A stretch of DNA of 64,000 bases from a virus, in IMG/VR virus record IMGVR_UViG_3300044645_002359, positions 22,355-86,354 of that record, one strand, 5' to 3'. Below, one piece after another: positions 1 through 9,404 of this stretch. The stretch's first letter is position 1. Every line of letters starts with the position of its first letter. A model generated the notes under the pieces. It did no database searches. It saw nothing but the letters and a program-made list of their open reading frames with translations, and was not told the DNA's origin. A program made the position numbers and the translations under genes.

Positions 1-181
1 TCCGGGTAGCTTATATTCCGGGACACGCTTTTGGAGACATGGCCCATCCAGACGTTGAACATGGTATTGTATCATCTAGCAATGGCAAATACGTGTTTGT
101 AAGGTTTGACAGAACAGTTTCACGATTCGGGTGGGACGGAGCTACATCACAATCTTGCTGCCCTGAGGATTTGGTAATCCT

Positions 182-439
182 ATGAATAAGCCCTACTTGT
201 TAATTGCCGGAGACTGCTATTACCCCCATGACACTTTAGATTGGGTAGGTTGTTTCTCAACCTACGAAGAAGCTCGAGAGCAAGTAGAACCCATTACTAC
301 ACATGATTACTACACTCAAGGGAAAAACAAGGGTGAAATTAAGTCTACTCGCACTACTTATGTTGTGAAAGGCGAAGAGTATGGAGCCCGGACTTGTGAT
401 TGGTACGAAATTGTTGACTTGAAGCGATGGACACAGTAA
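182..439 (+). CDS. hypothetical protein (85 aa)
   Basis: ORF in the co-oriented + strand array; no recognisable motif. Confidence 0.4.
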   Translation: MNKPYLLIAGDCYYPHDTLDWVGCFSTYEEAREQVEPITTHDYYTQGKNKGEIKSTRTTYVVKGEEYGARTCDWYEIVDLKRWTQ

Positions 440-454
440 ACACCTCCCTACAAG

Positions 455-522
455 GACCGGTCACCCGAACCGAACCGGTCGGTTTGCACCCTTGTTTCTG
501 CAGCGCAGAAACGGTTTAATAT
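455..522 (+). promoter_or_regulatory. hairpin-promoter cassette copy 1 (GACCGGT…ACCGGTC hairpin; -35 TTGTTT; palindromic spacer; -10 TTTAAT)
   Basis: Matches the recurrent cassette consensus; sits in an intergenic gap. Confidence 0.5.
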
Positions 523-583
523 TAGAGTGAAAGACTCCGAAGCCCTGTTGACACGACTCGTCGAGGGTAAATACTAAGTTCCT

Positions 584-1063
584 ATGTACTCAGCAATGAC
601 TATTGAAACTGAAGCCATCGATAAAATCGAACTGGTATTCAATCACATTCAAAATGTTCAAAGAAGTTGTTATAAGCTAGGGCTGAAACTTATGAAGCGT
701 GGAGATATTGAACTTGGTCGCAACCTAATTGCCAACGGACAAATCCACGACAACTCCAAATTTAAAGGCATTGAGTTTGCCCACCTTTTTCATTCAGACC
801 CTTTGCTTTCTGAAGTCGTCAAGCACCATCAATCTGTGAACCCTCATCACCCCGAATACTGGGGTAGCATCCACGATATGCCAAAAGTTTACGTTGCTGA
901 AATGGTGTGCGATTGGTATGCTCGGTCAACTGAGTTCGGTACCGGTATTCGAGAGTGGATTGATAGCAAAGCAACACAAAAATTCTCCTTCACTACTGAA
1001 GACCAGGTGTACAAAACCATTCAGGAAATGTTGTTCTTACTACTTGAGCCGAGCTTCAGCTAG
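584..1063 (+). CDS. hypothetical protein (159 aa)
   Basis: ORF downstream of cassette copy 1. Confidence 0.45.
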   Translation: MYSAMTIETEAIDKIELVFNHIQNVQRSCYKLGLKLMKRGDIELGRNLIANGQIHDNSKFKGIEFAHLFHSDPLLSEVVKHHQSVNPHHPEYWGSIHDMPKVYVAEMVCDWYARSTEFGTGIREWIDSKATQKFSFTTEDQVYKTIQEMLFLLLEPSFS

Positions 1064-1099
1064 CCTGGGTTATCTCTCTTTCGCACAGCGAAGGCTCGG

Positions 1100-1160
1100 G
1101 TAATCGACCGAAGACTTTCGGCTTGCACCCTTGTCTTTGCAACTCAAAACTACTATACTA
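1100..1160 (+). promoter_or_regulatory. hairpin-promoter cassette copy 2 (CCGAAgactTTCGG hairpin; -35 TTGTCT; -10 TATACT)
   Basis: Conserved cassette with the ATG at 1166, 6 nt after the -10. Confidence 0.5.
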
Positions 1161-1165
1161 TAAGT

Positions 1166-1405
1166 ATGAATTACAACGAGTTCCTCAAGCGTTTTTGGGA
1201 TAGTGCCGGAGAGGCGCGGCATAGTTTAAGGGTAGGGCAGCACCTTATGAATGAACTTGGCAAGGTGAGCCCCATTGCTTACAGCCGAATTCCCTCAGAG
1301 TTAGACCCGTTCTACAACGATCTTCTTCTCCCCAACTTCCTCAAATACCTGAAAGCAAACTGGAACGACCTGACCGATCCACTCAATTCTCCCGAACGCA
1401 AATGA
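1166..1405 (+). CDS. hypothetical protein (79 aa)
   Basis: ATG immediately after the cassette -10 (leaderless layout). Confidence 0.45.
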   Translation: MNYNEFLKRFWDSAGEARHSLRVGQHLMNELGKVSPIAYSRIPSELDPFYNDLLLPNFLKYLKANWNDLTDPLNSPERK

Positions 1406-1584
1406 CTCGTGTAGTGCCACTGTCTAACAAAGCTAAGAATCGTTTGGTCAACACCATGGAAAGTAACCCGGATATCCGCATTGAACAGCGGAAGGGTAAT
1501 AAGGTGTTTTTCATTTCAGCAAACGGAAAGTACTGTGCCTGGGTCGATCTTTCCGGCGACCCTAACTGGGTCATTGTTCTTTAA
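1402..1584 (+). CDS. hypothetical protein (60 aa)
   Basis: ATGA overlap with the upstream ORF. Confidence 0.35.
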   Translation: MTRVVPLSNKAKNRLVNTMESNPDIRIEQRKGNKVFFISANGKYCAWVDLSGDPNWVIVL

Positions 1585-1754
1585 CACACCTGTCTTTAAC
1601 CTTAACGTGACTCAACTAAAGACCGAAGTACCTTCCCAAACCATTAGCGATCCGATAGCCCTTAGCAACCCTGTTGTTGATAGTGTCCTTATTATAATAC
1701 TTTTCACCGCTCTCGTTTTCATGTTGAAACTCGCTGTGAAAGTCTCGAAAGTTC

Positions 1755-1816
1755 GGTAAACCGAACCGATCCGTTCGGTTCTCACCCTTGTTTCTGCAAG
1801 GCAGAAACGCTATGAT
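1755..1816 (+). promoter_or_regulatory. hairpin-promoter cassette copy 3 (GGTAAACCGAACcgatccGTTCGGTT; -35 TTGTTT; spacer CTGCAAGGCAGAAA; -10 TATGAT)
   Basis: Consensus copy; ATG at 1823. Confidence 0.55.
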
Positions 1817-1822
1817 TATTGT

Positions 1823-2065
1823 ATGAAACACTACCGGCTGTCCGTATCGGGTGAAGTGGTTACCAAGATCGTTGGTTTCGACTCACCCGACTCAGAACTT
1901 TACATTATCGCCCACGCTCACAATCTTTTGAAGTCGGGTGATTTTTTCTTCTTGGAGAAGGCAATTCTTGAGGAATGCCGTCCTAAAGATGAATCTGACG
2001 TCACTGTCGCAGAGTTTACTTTTAGCCGAGAAGGTTGGACTGCTTTCTACCCTGCGAGGGTCTAG
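1823..2065 (+). CDS. hypothetical protein (80 aa)
   Basis: Leaderless ATG after the cassette. Confidence 0.45.
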   Translation: MKHYRLSVSGEVVTKIVGFDSPDSELYIIAHAHNLLKSGDFFFLEKAILEECRPKDESDVTVAEFTFSREGWTAFYPARV

Positions 2066-2347
2066 GGTCTAAGGGCAAAGCCCTACCATACGGCTCAAAA
2101 CTGGGTGTAGCTCGGGCAGACGTTGCGGTGGACAAGGGGGCAGTACCCTTTAGCTCCACTTTCCCTTTACGGGGCTAATCTAGTTTCGACACCGTGAAAG
2201 TGTCACTTGAGTGAAAGCCGCTTGCATAAGCACAAAATAGACGCTAACAAAATCGTCAAATTCGAGAGGACTGCCGTAGCCGTTTGAGCTATAGCATTCT
2301 GACTCATTGCGGGGGCTTCGGCCCCCCTTAAACCAATTAGAAACAAA

Positions 2348-2740
2348 ATGTTGCAAATTACCTACGAGTCAGAACTAGACTCTGACTACAGGAAAGAACT
2401 TGATTCTTGCACAAGCGTTCAAGATTTGAAAGCCTTGATTGACAAGTACAAGGCAGTCTCCCCCGACTTAAAGGATGTTGTAATTGAGAGCGATGCCGAT
2501 TACAATGAGTTCAAGAAAGGCTTAGCCGTGGAACGAACTGGGCAATATGCTGGTGACGAATGGTGTGAAAGATTTGGCTCTTTGGCCCTTCCTGTCTACA
2601 TGCTTTACGCTTCACTTTTAGCCGGAGAGTATGGGGCACCTTGGGGAGTTGCTTACTTTAGAATGTGCGCGGAAGGGGCTGTCCCAGGTGTAGACCCTGA
2701 GCTTGCGAAACAAGAAATTTTCTCATTTCTGCCCAGTTAA
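2348..2740 (+). CDS. hypothetical protein (130 aa)
   Basis: ORF. Confidence 0.45.
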   Translation: MLQITYESELDSDYRKELDSCTSVQDLKALIDKYKAVSPDLKDVVIESDADYNEFKKGLAVERTGQYAGDEWCERFGSLALPVYMLYASLLAGEYGAPWGVAYFRMCAEGAVPGVDPELAKQEIFSFLPS

Positions 2741-2745
2741 ACAAA

Positions 2746-3096
2746 ATGGAAATCAACCCTAAATTATTGACCTCTTCCGGAAAGAAGAAAGTTAAGAAAA
2801 TCCTAGCAGAGTACAGTCCCCCAAACTATAACAGTCTAAATTGGAGTGACTTCCAAAGGGGGGAAGATTATTACAAGTTCCAATCTGAGTGGAATACCCA
2901 CAAGGTCCTCAGGGAAATTTTTGATGGGTCTGGAATTGAAGAGAATGATGAATACGAAAGCGGTTTTGAAGACCTTAGTTATAATGAAGGAATAATTTAC
3001 ACGAACATTGCCAACATTATAATCAGTTTAAGAAACCAAATTCAAAACACTGAAGAAACCGCCGATGAAGCTATCAGGCGATTGAATAATATCTGA
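2746..3096 (+). CDS. hypothetical protein (116 aa)
   Basis: ORF. Confidence 0.45.
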   Translation: MEINPKLLTSSGKKKVKKILAEYSPPNYNSLNWSDFQRGEDYYKFQSEWNTHKVLREIFDGSGIEENDEYESGFEDLSYNEGIIYTNIANIIISLRNQIQNTEETADEAIRRLNNI

Positions 3097-3104
3097 TTGG
3101 AAAA

Positions 3105-3338
3105 ATGACGCACTTACTTCTTGAAGGGCCAGACGGACGGTCTTATATTGCTAGGAAAGCAGAGCTTTCAAATGTTCCATGGGCATATGATAGGGAAAGC
3201 TGGTTGGTCACAGAATTTAACCACGGTACTAACCCGCCCACAGATTGGTGGATTGAAGAATCGGTGAACCAATGGGGTAGAAGCCAGACCTATGATAACC
3301 TGGACAAGTTTACCATCTTAGCAGCTCACTCAGACTAA
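3105..3338 (+). CDS. hypothetical protein (EGPDGR.YIA family, paralog A)
   Basis: Shares LEGPDGRSYIA with the next ORF's VEGPDGRHYIA. Confidence 0.45.
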   Translation: MTHLLLEGPDGRSYIARKAELSNVPWAYDRESWLVTEFNHGTNPPTDWWIEESVNQWGRSQTYDNLDKFTILAAHSD

Positions 3339-3359
3339 CCCTTGCACCTTTAAAACAAA

Positions 3360-3581
3360 ATGAACATTTACAATCAAGTTGCCTTAGTTGAAGGGCCTGA
3401 CGGAAGACATTATATCGCAGAATGGCACCCTAACTCTTACTGTATTATAGAAAACGAGGGAATTGGGTGGTGGTTGGGACCATTCGAGAAATTTGGATTA
3501 TTTGATGACAGGGAATGTCCGAAAGGTCCCCTACCTTCTTTGAAGGGTTACAAGATACTTGCACTTCCCCCGAAGCAATGA
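3360..3581 (+). CDS. hypothetical protein (EGPDGR.YIA family, paralog B)
   Basis: Tandem paralog of 3105..3338. Confidence 0.45.
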   Translation: MNIYNQVALVEGPDGRHYIAEWHPNSYCIIENEGIGWWLGPFEKFGLFDDRECPKGPLPSLKGYKILALPPKQ

Positions 3582-4285
3582 AAATCCTATCAAAATTCAA
3601 AGATTACTACGACTATGTAGAATACCTGTATAGCCAAGAAGGTGGAGACCCGGCTAACACTTATGTTCGTAGGGACGTGGAAGGTAGGGACGAGTATAGT
3701 TGTGGTTATTTTTCCATTGGTGCGAAAGGGGGAATTCCACCCAAACCGTTGCCAAAAGATGGCATATACTGGAAAAGAAACCCAGATGTATTCCCCTGGT
3801 CATATAAATGGTGCTCGGTATGTGGTAAGTTGTATCTATTGGTGGCTGAGGAACCTGGAGTGTGTCTCCCCAAATATAAACTAATTACCGAGGCTCACCC
3901 ATCCCTGGACTTAGTCTACAGCAGATCCCCTGGAGTTTGGTTCAAAGAACCGGACATTAAAAAGCTAATTGGAGTACCTAACCCAGCCTGCGTTGAAATA
4001 TCCAGAAAGCTACAAATTCCTGTCTTCATTTTGGAAGATTCCTACTACAAGAACCTTGGGGAACCATTTCATGTGACACTGAATCGAACGGTGCCAAACT
4101 TGGGGGAACTGGGGTTTGCGTCTATAATTTCTGCTGAGCAAATGTACCAGGAGATTGCAATGTTTTTGACTTCCCTTAGGGATAACCCCGACAGTTTGCC
4201 ACCAGTTAATATTTCGGACAAGGACCGATTGACACAAAAGGGGTTTGATTCTAAGATTTCTTTCCGCGGAAAACCACCTAAATAA
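3578..4285 (+). CDS. hypothetical protein (about 235 aa; start assigned at the ATGA-overlapping ATG)
   Basis: Long ORF; the ATG at 3578 overlaps the upstream TGA; the track alternative start is 3515. Confidence 0.45.
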   Translation: MKILSKFKDYYDYVEYLYSQEGGDPANTYVRRDVEGRDEYSCGYFSIGAKGGIPPKPLPKDGIYWKRNPDVFPWSYKWCSVCGKLYLLVAEEPGVCLPKYKLITEAHPSLDLVYSRSPGVWFKEPDIKKLIGVPNPACVEISRKLQIPVFILEDSYYKNLGEPFHVTLNRTVPNLGELGFASIISAEQMYQEIAMFLTSLRDNPDSLPPVNISDKDRLTQKGFDSKISFRGKPPK

Positions 4286-4313
4286 CCCACCGTAAATTCA
4301 ACAACAACAACAA

Positions 4314-4688
4314 ATGTATTTCTACGCTATCTCCCGCCGGGACCTTCCAACGCACCAACAAGCTATTCAGTCGGCCCATGCTCAGCTGGAGTATTGCCGT
4401 TTACGGGGAGTTCCTGAGGGCGAGCATCCCTCTTTCGTTTGGTTAACGGTGGAGGAGAGGTGGCACCTGATAGATTTACTCTTATCATTAGAGTATCACT
4501 CTATACCGGTAGTTAAGTTCCACGACCCAGACTACAAGGGCTATGACCCTAGCGCAATCGCTTGTTTGGTTAATGAGGAAAAACGATACTTGTTGTCTCA
4601 TCTTCCCCTCTGGAAGTGTGAAGCTCCTCGAAAGAAAAGTGGGCTGTTGAGCTGGTTTATCAGAAGAGGGGTAAGTTTAACTGAGTGA
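4314..4688 (+). CDS. hypothetical protein (124 aa)
   Basis: ORF. Confidence 0.45.
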   Translation: MYFYAISRRDLPTHQQAIQSAHAQLEYCRLRGVPEGEHPSFVWLTVEERWHLIDLLLSLEYHSIPVVKFHDPDYKGYDPSAIACLVNEEKRYLLSHLPLWKCEAPRKKSGLLSWFIRRGVSLTE

Positions 4689-4698
4689 ATGAGATACA

Positions 4699-6291
4699 AT
4701 GCAAGGTTCCTTTTCTGAACAGTCACTGAAGCAGTACGAAGAGTTAATCGGAGAAATAGCTTCTGTAAACTTTTCCGAATTAAATTCAGATGTGTACGAT
4801 TTCACACGTTGCGTTCGCGCGGACGGTACTGTCTACGGTTCACGAGGAAAGTGCCGCAAGGGACGTGAGGCTGCCGCAGGCGCTGGCCCTTCTCAAGCCC
4901 CGAGGAAGAGTACGGCAGCTCGAATGGCTGCTGCCGCTGAAAAGTTAGAAAGTCCTAAGCAAACTCCGGCCAAAGTTAAGGCACCGGTTCCCGCTCCCGT
5001 AGCAACTCCAGCAGTTAGAACCGTTAAAAAGCCCAGGGCAGCCCCACTCACCGCTGAGGGAAAGGCAGAGAAGAAGTGGCTCGCACAGAAAGATAAATTA
5101 GACGCGATAAAGGCAGAACACGCCAAGATGATTGCTGAGGTTGAAGCGCAGGGGCACAAAGTATACGCCACCGGTACGGGGGCCAGTATGCTTCATAGGC
5201 TGGCTAAAGAGAGGGGAATTGCTACACCGGCTCAGCTATCCAGTATGCGAATAAAACTCTTCCAACAAGAGCCTGAGCGCATCAAAAAAGAAAGGTTGGC
5301 GGAAGAAGAGAAGAAAAGACTGTCGGAAATTGCTGGAACCACTAGAGAACAGCGCAAGGGGATGGTCCGTGAGCGAATTGAGGAGCTGAAGAAGAGCAAA
5401 TATCTAGACACGTTGAAGGACGTTAATAACAACGTCGAAATGATGAAGAAGTGGATAGAAACAGACCCTTCCATGGATACCCTGAAAAACCGTGTTGCTT
5501 TGACGGCAATGCGGTCTTTCCGTGCGCAAATGGTGAGAGAAGCAAGGCTTAAGCGAGAAGAAAAGTACAGGAGCCTTGACGAATTCCTCAAAGAGTCGCC
5601 CAAGTATAACAGAACCCCTGGTTCCAGGGAGCCTATGAAAGCTAAGTATGATGACAGCGAAAGGGAGCAAAAAAGACTTGAAAAGATTTATGAAGCACAA
5701 GGGTTTAACGCTAGACCAGAACTTGTAAGGTCAAGATCTGACCTTGAGAAAAGGAAGGACATCCTAAGAGAGCCTGACGGAAGGCCACTAATTCTCTATC
5801 GAGGGGTATCGGAAGAAAGCTTAGCAAGACAGTTCCAAGGCTCTGGTCCAGACGGAGACAGACACTACCCTGGTCGGGGGGTGTATGGAAACGGGAGTTA
5901 CGCTGCTTCTGCGGGGGGAAATCCGGGTTCTTGGAACACGGACGGAAACTTTGACAAGACTGCACAAAGAACAGCTTCTTCGTATACGAGTAGTGGTGGA
6001 AACCCTAAGGATAAAGTTACAGCCTTCGCTCTTCGTTCGGACGCAAATGTGGTTCAGTTCGAAGGGACAAATCCTGCGCTAAGGGACTTAGAATACAGAA
6101 AATGGTCAAGAGAAATTAGGAAACAGGCGTCAGAGAAATTCGGGGCTGAGTTTAACGATCAGGGCGAAGCTGCCGCTGCTATGGGAATCCACGCCTATAG
6201 AGTTCCAATGAGTTCTGACGAAGACTACTGGATTATTCTAAATCGCGGTGCTGTCATCGCTGCACAAGATTCTCAACTACCAGACTTATGA
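4699..6291 (+). CDS. ADP-ribosyltransferase-like protein (R-S-E-type motifs), N-terminal DFTRCV…GKC module, K/E/A-rich central coiled coil
   Basis: C-terminal region carries LYRG…YTSSGG…QFEG, which resembles the Arg, STS and QxE motifs of ADP-ribosyltransferase toxins and T4 Alt. The N-terminal 45 aa are shared with the ORFs at 23382 and 29773. Confidence 0.5.
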   Translation: MQGSFSEQSLKQYEELIGEIASVNFSELNSDVYDFTRCVRADGTVYGSRGKCRKGREAAAGAGPSQAPRKSTAARMAAAAEKLESPKQTPAKVKAPVPAPVATPAVRTVKKPRAAPLTAEGKAEKKWLAQKDKLDAIKAEHAKMIAEVEAQGHKVYATGTGASMLHRLAKERGIATPAQLSSMRIKLFQQEPERIKKERLAEEEKKRLSEIAGTTREQRKGMVRERIEELKKSKYLDTLKDVNNNVEMMKKWIETDPSMDTLKNRVALTAMRSFRAQMVREARLKREEKYRSLDEFLKESPKYNRTPGSREPMKAKYDDSEREQKRLEKIYEAQGFNARPELVRSRSDLEKRKDILREPDGRPLILYRGVSEESLARQFQGSGPDGDRHYPGRGVYGNGSYAASAGGNPGSWNTDGNFDKTAQRTASSYTSSGGNPKDKVTAFALRSDANVVQFEGTNPALRDLEYRKWSREIRKQASEKFGAEFNDQGEAAAAMGIHAYRVPMSSDEDYWIILNRGAVIAAQDSQLPDL

Positions 6292-6437
6292 ACATTAACG
6301 AACCAAGCACCAGCCGTCAACTTGCTGCCCTGATTCAGGGTGTCAAAGGCGAGCACAGAGACCAATTTATTGAAGACGCTAAGAAAGCGAAAGACATGGG
6401 ATCTTTCATCAAGCACTTTCTGAAATCTTACGAATGA
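6288..6437 (+). CDS. small hypothetical protein (49 aa)
   Basis: ATGA-coupled small ORF, below the track cutoff. Confidence 0.3.
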   Translation: MNINEPSTSRQLAALIQGVKGEHRDQFIEDAKKAKDMGSFIKHFLKSYE

Positions 6438-6607
6438 CCGAAGAAGAGGAAACCTTCGAGGCCACAATGCAGAAACTATTCACTGCAAAGTGGAATATCC
6501 CTCAAGCAACCGCAGCTTTGGGCAAATCGGCGAATAAAGAAAACTGGGAAGAAACGAAAGATCTATTTCGGGAGTTTTGTGCTTTACACCCGCCTGCAAC
6601 CTTTTGA
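6434..6607 (+). CDS. small hypothetical protein (57 aa)
   Basis: ATGA-coupled small ORF. Confidence 0.3.
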   Translation: MTEEEETFEATMQKLFTAKWNIPQATAALGKSANKENWEETKDLFREFCALHPPATF

Positions 6608-6831
6608 GGTTGGCGGAAGGGGAGAAGTTTACCGGACCTTCGGCGAAGCTAAAATATGGGTGCCCTGAGACGTAAATACGTCGCCCATTATGAGAGGGTT
6701 CCCTGCCGAACTAGCAGGGTAGGACTCGGAGCCTAACATTGCGCTCTTAAACTTCTTGTGCCGTGGGAAAACGCACCTTGAAACAGGTGAGTGACCGTTT
6801 CCTATACGGATGTTGAATTCTATTTTACTGA

Positions 6832-7509
6832 ATGCTTGACCTCACTACACTTGTGGCCGTTTCCATCGTTGGAACTGCTGCAACCCCTCTGAGCGGATTC
6901 ACTGAGTTAAACAGACTGGAATACCCTGTCCCTCAGCAAGTCGCTATCAGAGTGATTGCCCCAGAAACGACCCTGGAATCGGGCCTCATTTGCACAGGCT
7001 GCGATCCCACAAAGTTTCTATCGGCTCCCGCTTACAAACTCACACCAGAGCGCAGAGCCCTTTTAAATACCATTCGCTTCGCTGAAGGAACCTGGAAAGA
7101 TGGCCACGAGGATGGCTACCGGGTTTTGTTCGGAGGTCGAATGGTTTCGTCTTTAGATAGACACCCGAACCAAATCCAATACTCCTCGCGCTACACCAGC
7201 GCAGCAGCCGGAGCTTACCAATTCCTTCCGGGAACTTGGGGAGAAGCCTCAAGAAAACTCAACCTTCTAAACTTCGGGCCTAAGAGCCAAGACCAAGCTG
7301 CTCTCTTTTTGATCGAACGGCGTAATGCCTTGAGCCTCGCAGATTCCGGGAAGATCACCCCAACGCTAATCGCAAAGCTAGCTCCTGAATGGGCCTCTCT
7401 TCCGACTTATGGCGGCAACAGCTACTATGGTCAGCCGGTCAAAAGGTATGAGGACCTGCGGCGCTTCTATGAGAGTAACTTGGCGATGCTCCGCCAGGAG
7501 GCAAGCTGA
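6832..7509 (+). CDS. lytic transglycosylase, lambda R-like (glycoside hydrolase family 104 (GH104)) with an about 70-aa N-terminal extension
   Basis: AEGTWKDGHEDGYRVLFGG…AAGAYQFLPGTW…FGPKSQDQAALFLI…WASLP aligns with lambda R over SEGT…GYDVIVGG…GAGRYQLL…FSPKSQDAVALQQI…WASLPG. Confidence 0.7.
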   Translation: MLDLTTLVAVSIVGTAATPLSGFTELNRLEYPVPQQVAIRVIAPETTLESGLICTGCDPTKFLSAPAYKLTPERRALLNTIRFAEGTWKDGHEDGYRVLFGGRMVSSLDRHPNQIQYSSRYTSAAAGAYQFLPGTWGEASRKLNLLNFGPKSQDQAALFLIERRNALSLADSGKITPTLIAKLAPEWASLPTYGGNSYYGQPVKRYEDLRRFYESNLAMLRQEAS

Positions 7510-7613
7510 TGAACGGTTTCCCGAACTTTACTTGCTCGTCGCAACAAGCTACAATGGTAGCGAGCCTGAGTAATCAGGCACTGAGCCGTGGTTGCCAACC
7601 GCAACAAACACGG

Positions 7614-7982
7614 ATGTCGAACTCTAATGTTTTCATGCGTTTTTCCAAATTAGCCTCATTCTTCCTCGTCGCAGGAATTCTTTCCGGAGTACCTGCACAA
7701 GCAAGGCAGTGTGGCCAAGCCAGTTGGTATGGCCCTGGCTTCTACGGGAACAAAACTGCCAACGGTGAAATTTACCGTCGTGGTACCATGACTGCAGCGC
7801 ACCCTTCACTCCCCCTTGGTAGCTGGGTAAGGGTTGTAAACCGAGATAATGGACTCATTGCCGATGTTCGTATTAACGACCGTGGTCCTTACTATGGTGG
7901 TCGAATTCTCGATCTCGGTCACGGTGCTGCAAGGAGCCTTGGAGTTAGTGGCGTGGCCAACGTTTGCATTTCTCGTCTCTGA
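7614..7982 (+). CDS. RlpA-like double-psi beta-barrel (DPBB) protein with a signal peptide
   Basis: ASWYGPGFYGNKTANGE…AAHPSLPLGSWVRVVN…NDRGPY…GRILDLGHGAARSLG matches the RlpA/3D-domain signature; the N-terminus MRFSKLASFFLVAGILSGVPAQA looks like a signal peptide. Confidence 0.6.
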   Translation: MSNSNVFMRFSKLASFFLVAGILSGVPAQARQCGQASWYGPGFYGNKTANGEIYRRGTMTAAHPSLPLGSWVRVVNRDNGLIADVRINDRGPYYGGRILDLGHGAARSLGVSGVANVCISRL

Positions 7983-8037
7983 TCGCCATGGGTGATGCCT
8001 TGCTGGTACTCACCCTTCTTTCCTATACTTCTTAAAA

Positions 8038-8256
8038 GTGACACGATTCAAATTTCGGACCCCTAACGGCTTGACCCGGATTGAGCTTTTAATCTGTGTG
8101 GCTATTTTTGGGATCCTTGCATCAATTGTTGCCGGGGAACTCTCTGGTAAAAGTCCGTACAGAATGAGTGACTGTGTTCGGTCCGGGGGAAATTGGACTG
8201 AAGGTTATGAACTCGGGCATGACACCGCACTTTGCATCTACGGCCCGAGAAAGTAA
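8038..8256 (+). CDS. membrane protein with a prepilin-type N-terminal segment (LTRIELLICVAIFGILASIVAG)
   Basis: Resembles the type IV pilin N-terminal methylation helix; sits downstream of the lysis genes, so it may instead be a holin-like transmembrane protein. Confidence 0.35.
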   Translation: MTRFKFRTPNGLTRIELLICVAIFGILASIVAGELSGKSPYRMSDCVRSGGNWTEGYELGHDTALCIYGPRK

Positions 8257-8276
8257 GTTCAACAACCTAAACTACA

Positions 8277-9248
8277 ATGTCCCAACTCAAAATAGAAACT
8301 CTTTTCAAGTACTTGAAAGTTACAGATTGGGGGGGAGAAGAGGTTTATTTCCCCTTTTACCATCAGAGGCCGTGCCCTCCGCCTGGGACTAGATGGCAAA
8401 AATTTGACCCAGTTGATCTAGGATTCAACACTGGAAATCACTTCCCCCACACCCAGATGTTTGTAGTAGGGAATCCGGATAGGGAAAGTACAAATATGTA
8501 TGTAGCTTTCCGTGAAAAGAGTTTACTAGAAAAGTTCATTTTCACGGTGAAGACACATTTCCACCCCTCAAGAGATGACTTTGTGTTGGTAGATGCAATT
8601 TTGTCTTTTATTAGAAAGTTTCCAGAATGTTGTTCCTCAGAAGCTTTCGAATTACAAAAAGAGATCCTACGGAAAAAAGGAAATTCCGAATTCAGCCGTT
8701 TCGATTTTTACGATAGAAGCCACATATACATTAACATAGTGAGTAAGTCCGAAGCTTCATACAAGGTCCATAACCTGAGGGATAGCTCCCGTTGTGTTAC
8801 AACACTTTCTCCTACAAGCCATTTCATGATTGAGCGGTCGGAGTCTAAAGCCAGGAAACAAAACCCTTTCTTCACGTCAGTGAATCGTAAAATCCTAGAG
8901 ATTACTAAAAAAGATGGGCAGACTTTGTTTTTTCCGATATTGCGAAATTATTTCATGGGAGTCGCAATGAACACTTTTCAAGACGCATTAGATTTTCTAG
9001 ACCTTGTCTCTCCCAATGTATATCCAGACTCGGACGTGCGTACAGTCGGGAAAGCTAAAAAAATCCTAGAAGATGTAACTAGAAGACTTTTTCAACTGAA
9101 AAACAGTTTAAATGCCCTCTCAGCCAACGAAGAGACAAGTAAATGGGTCGTCCAGGAAGTCCAAAAAGTCTATCCGAAGGGGAAAGTTTTTCATGGCTCA
9201 CGGACAACGGCCTATGAGTTCGGCCCTATAGGAGAAACTATGGTATAA
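8277..9248 (+). CDS. hypothetical protein (323 aa)
   Basis: Long ORF with no identifiable motif. Confidence 0.5.
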   Translation: MSQLKIETLFKYLKVTDWGGEEVYFPFYHQRPCPPPGTRWQKFDPVDLGFNTGNHFPHTQMFVVGNPDRESTNMYVAFREKSLLEKFIFTVKTHFHPSRDDFVLVDAILSFIRKFPECCSSEAFELQKEILRKKGNSEFSRFDFYDRSHIYINIVSKSEASYKVHNLRDSSRCVTTLSPTSHFMIERSESKARKQNPFFTSVNRKILEITKKDGQTLFFPILRNYFMGVAMNTFQDALDFLDLVSPNVYPDSDVRTVGKAKKILEDVTRRLFQLKNSLNALSANEETSKWVVQEVQKVYPKGKVFHGSRTTAYEFGPIGETMV

Positions 9249-9404
9249 TCCCCCATGGTAAATCTCCCAATAATCGACCCAATAGCAAGGTGATTGTAAC
9301 CCTGAGAGGGCAAAGTGCTATTTGCACCGGGGTTCATAACCCCACAATCACATTCCGGGATTTGTAACCCGGATCTGTACAGACAAAACATAAACAAAAA
9401 AAAA

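Noticed and set aside
584-1063. HD-domain phosphohydrolase call for the 159-aa ORF, based on its His-rich HHQSVNPHHPEYW stretch
   Set aside because: No H…HD…D motif arrangement is present, so it is left as hypothetical.
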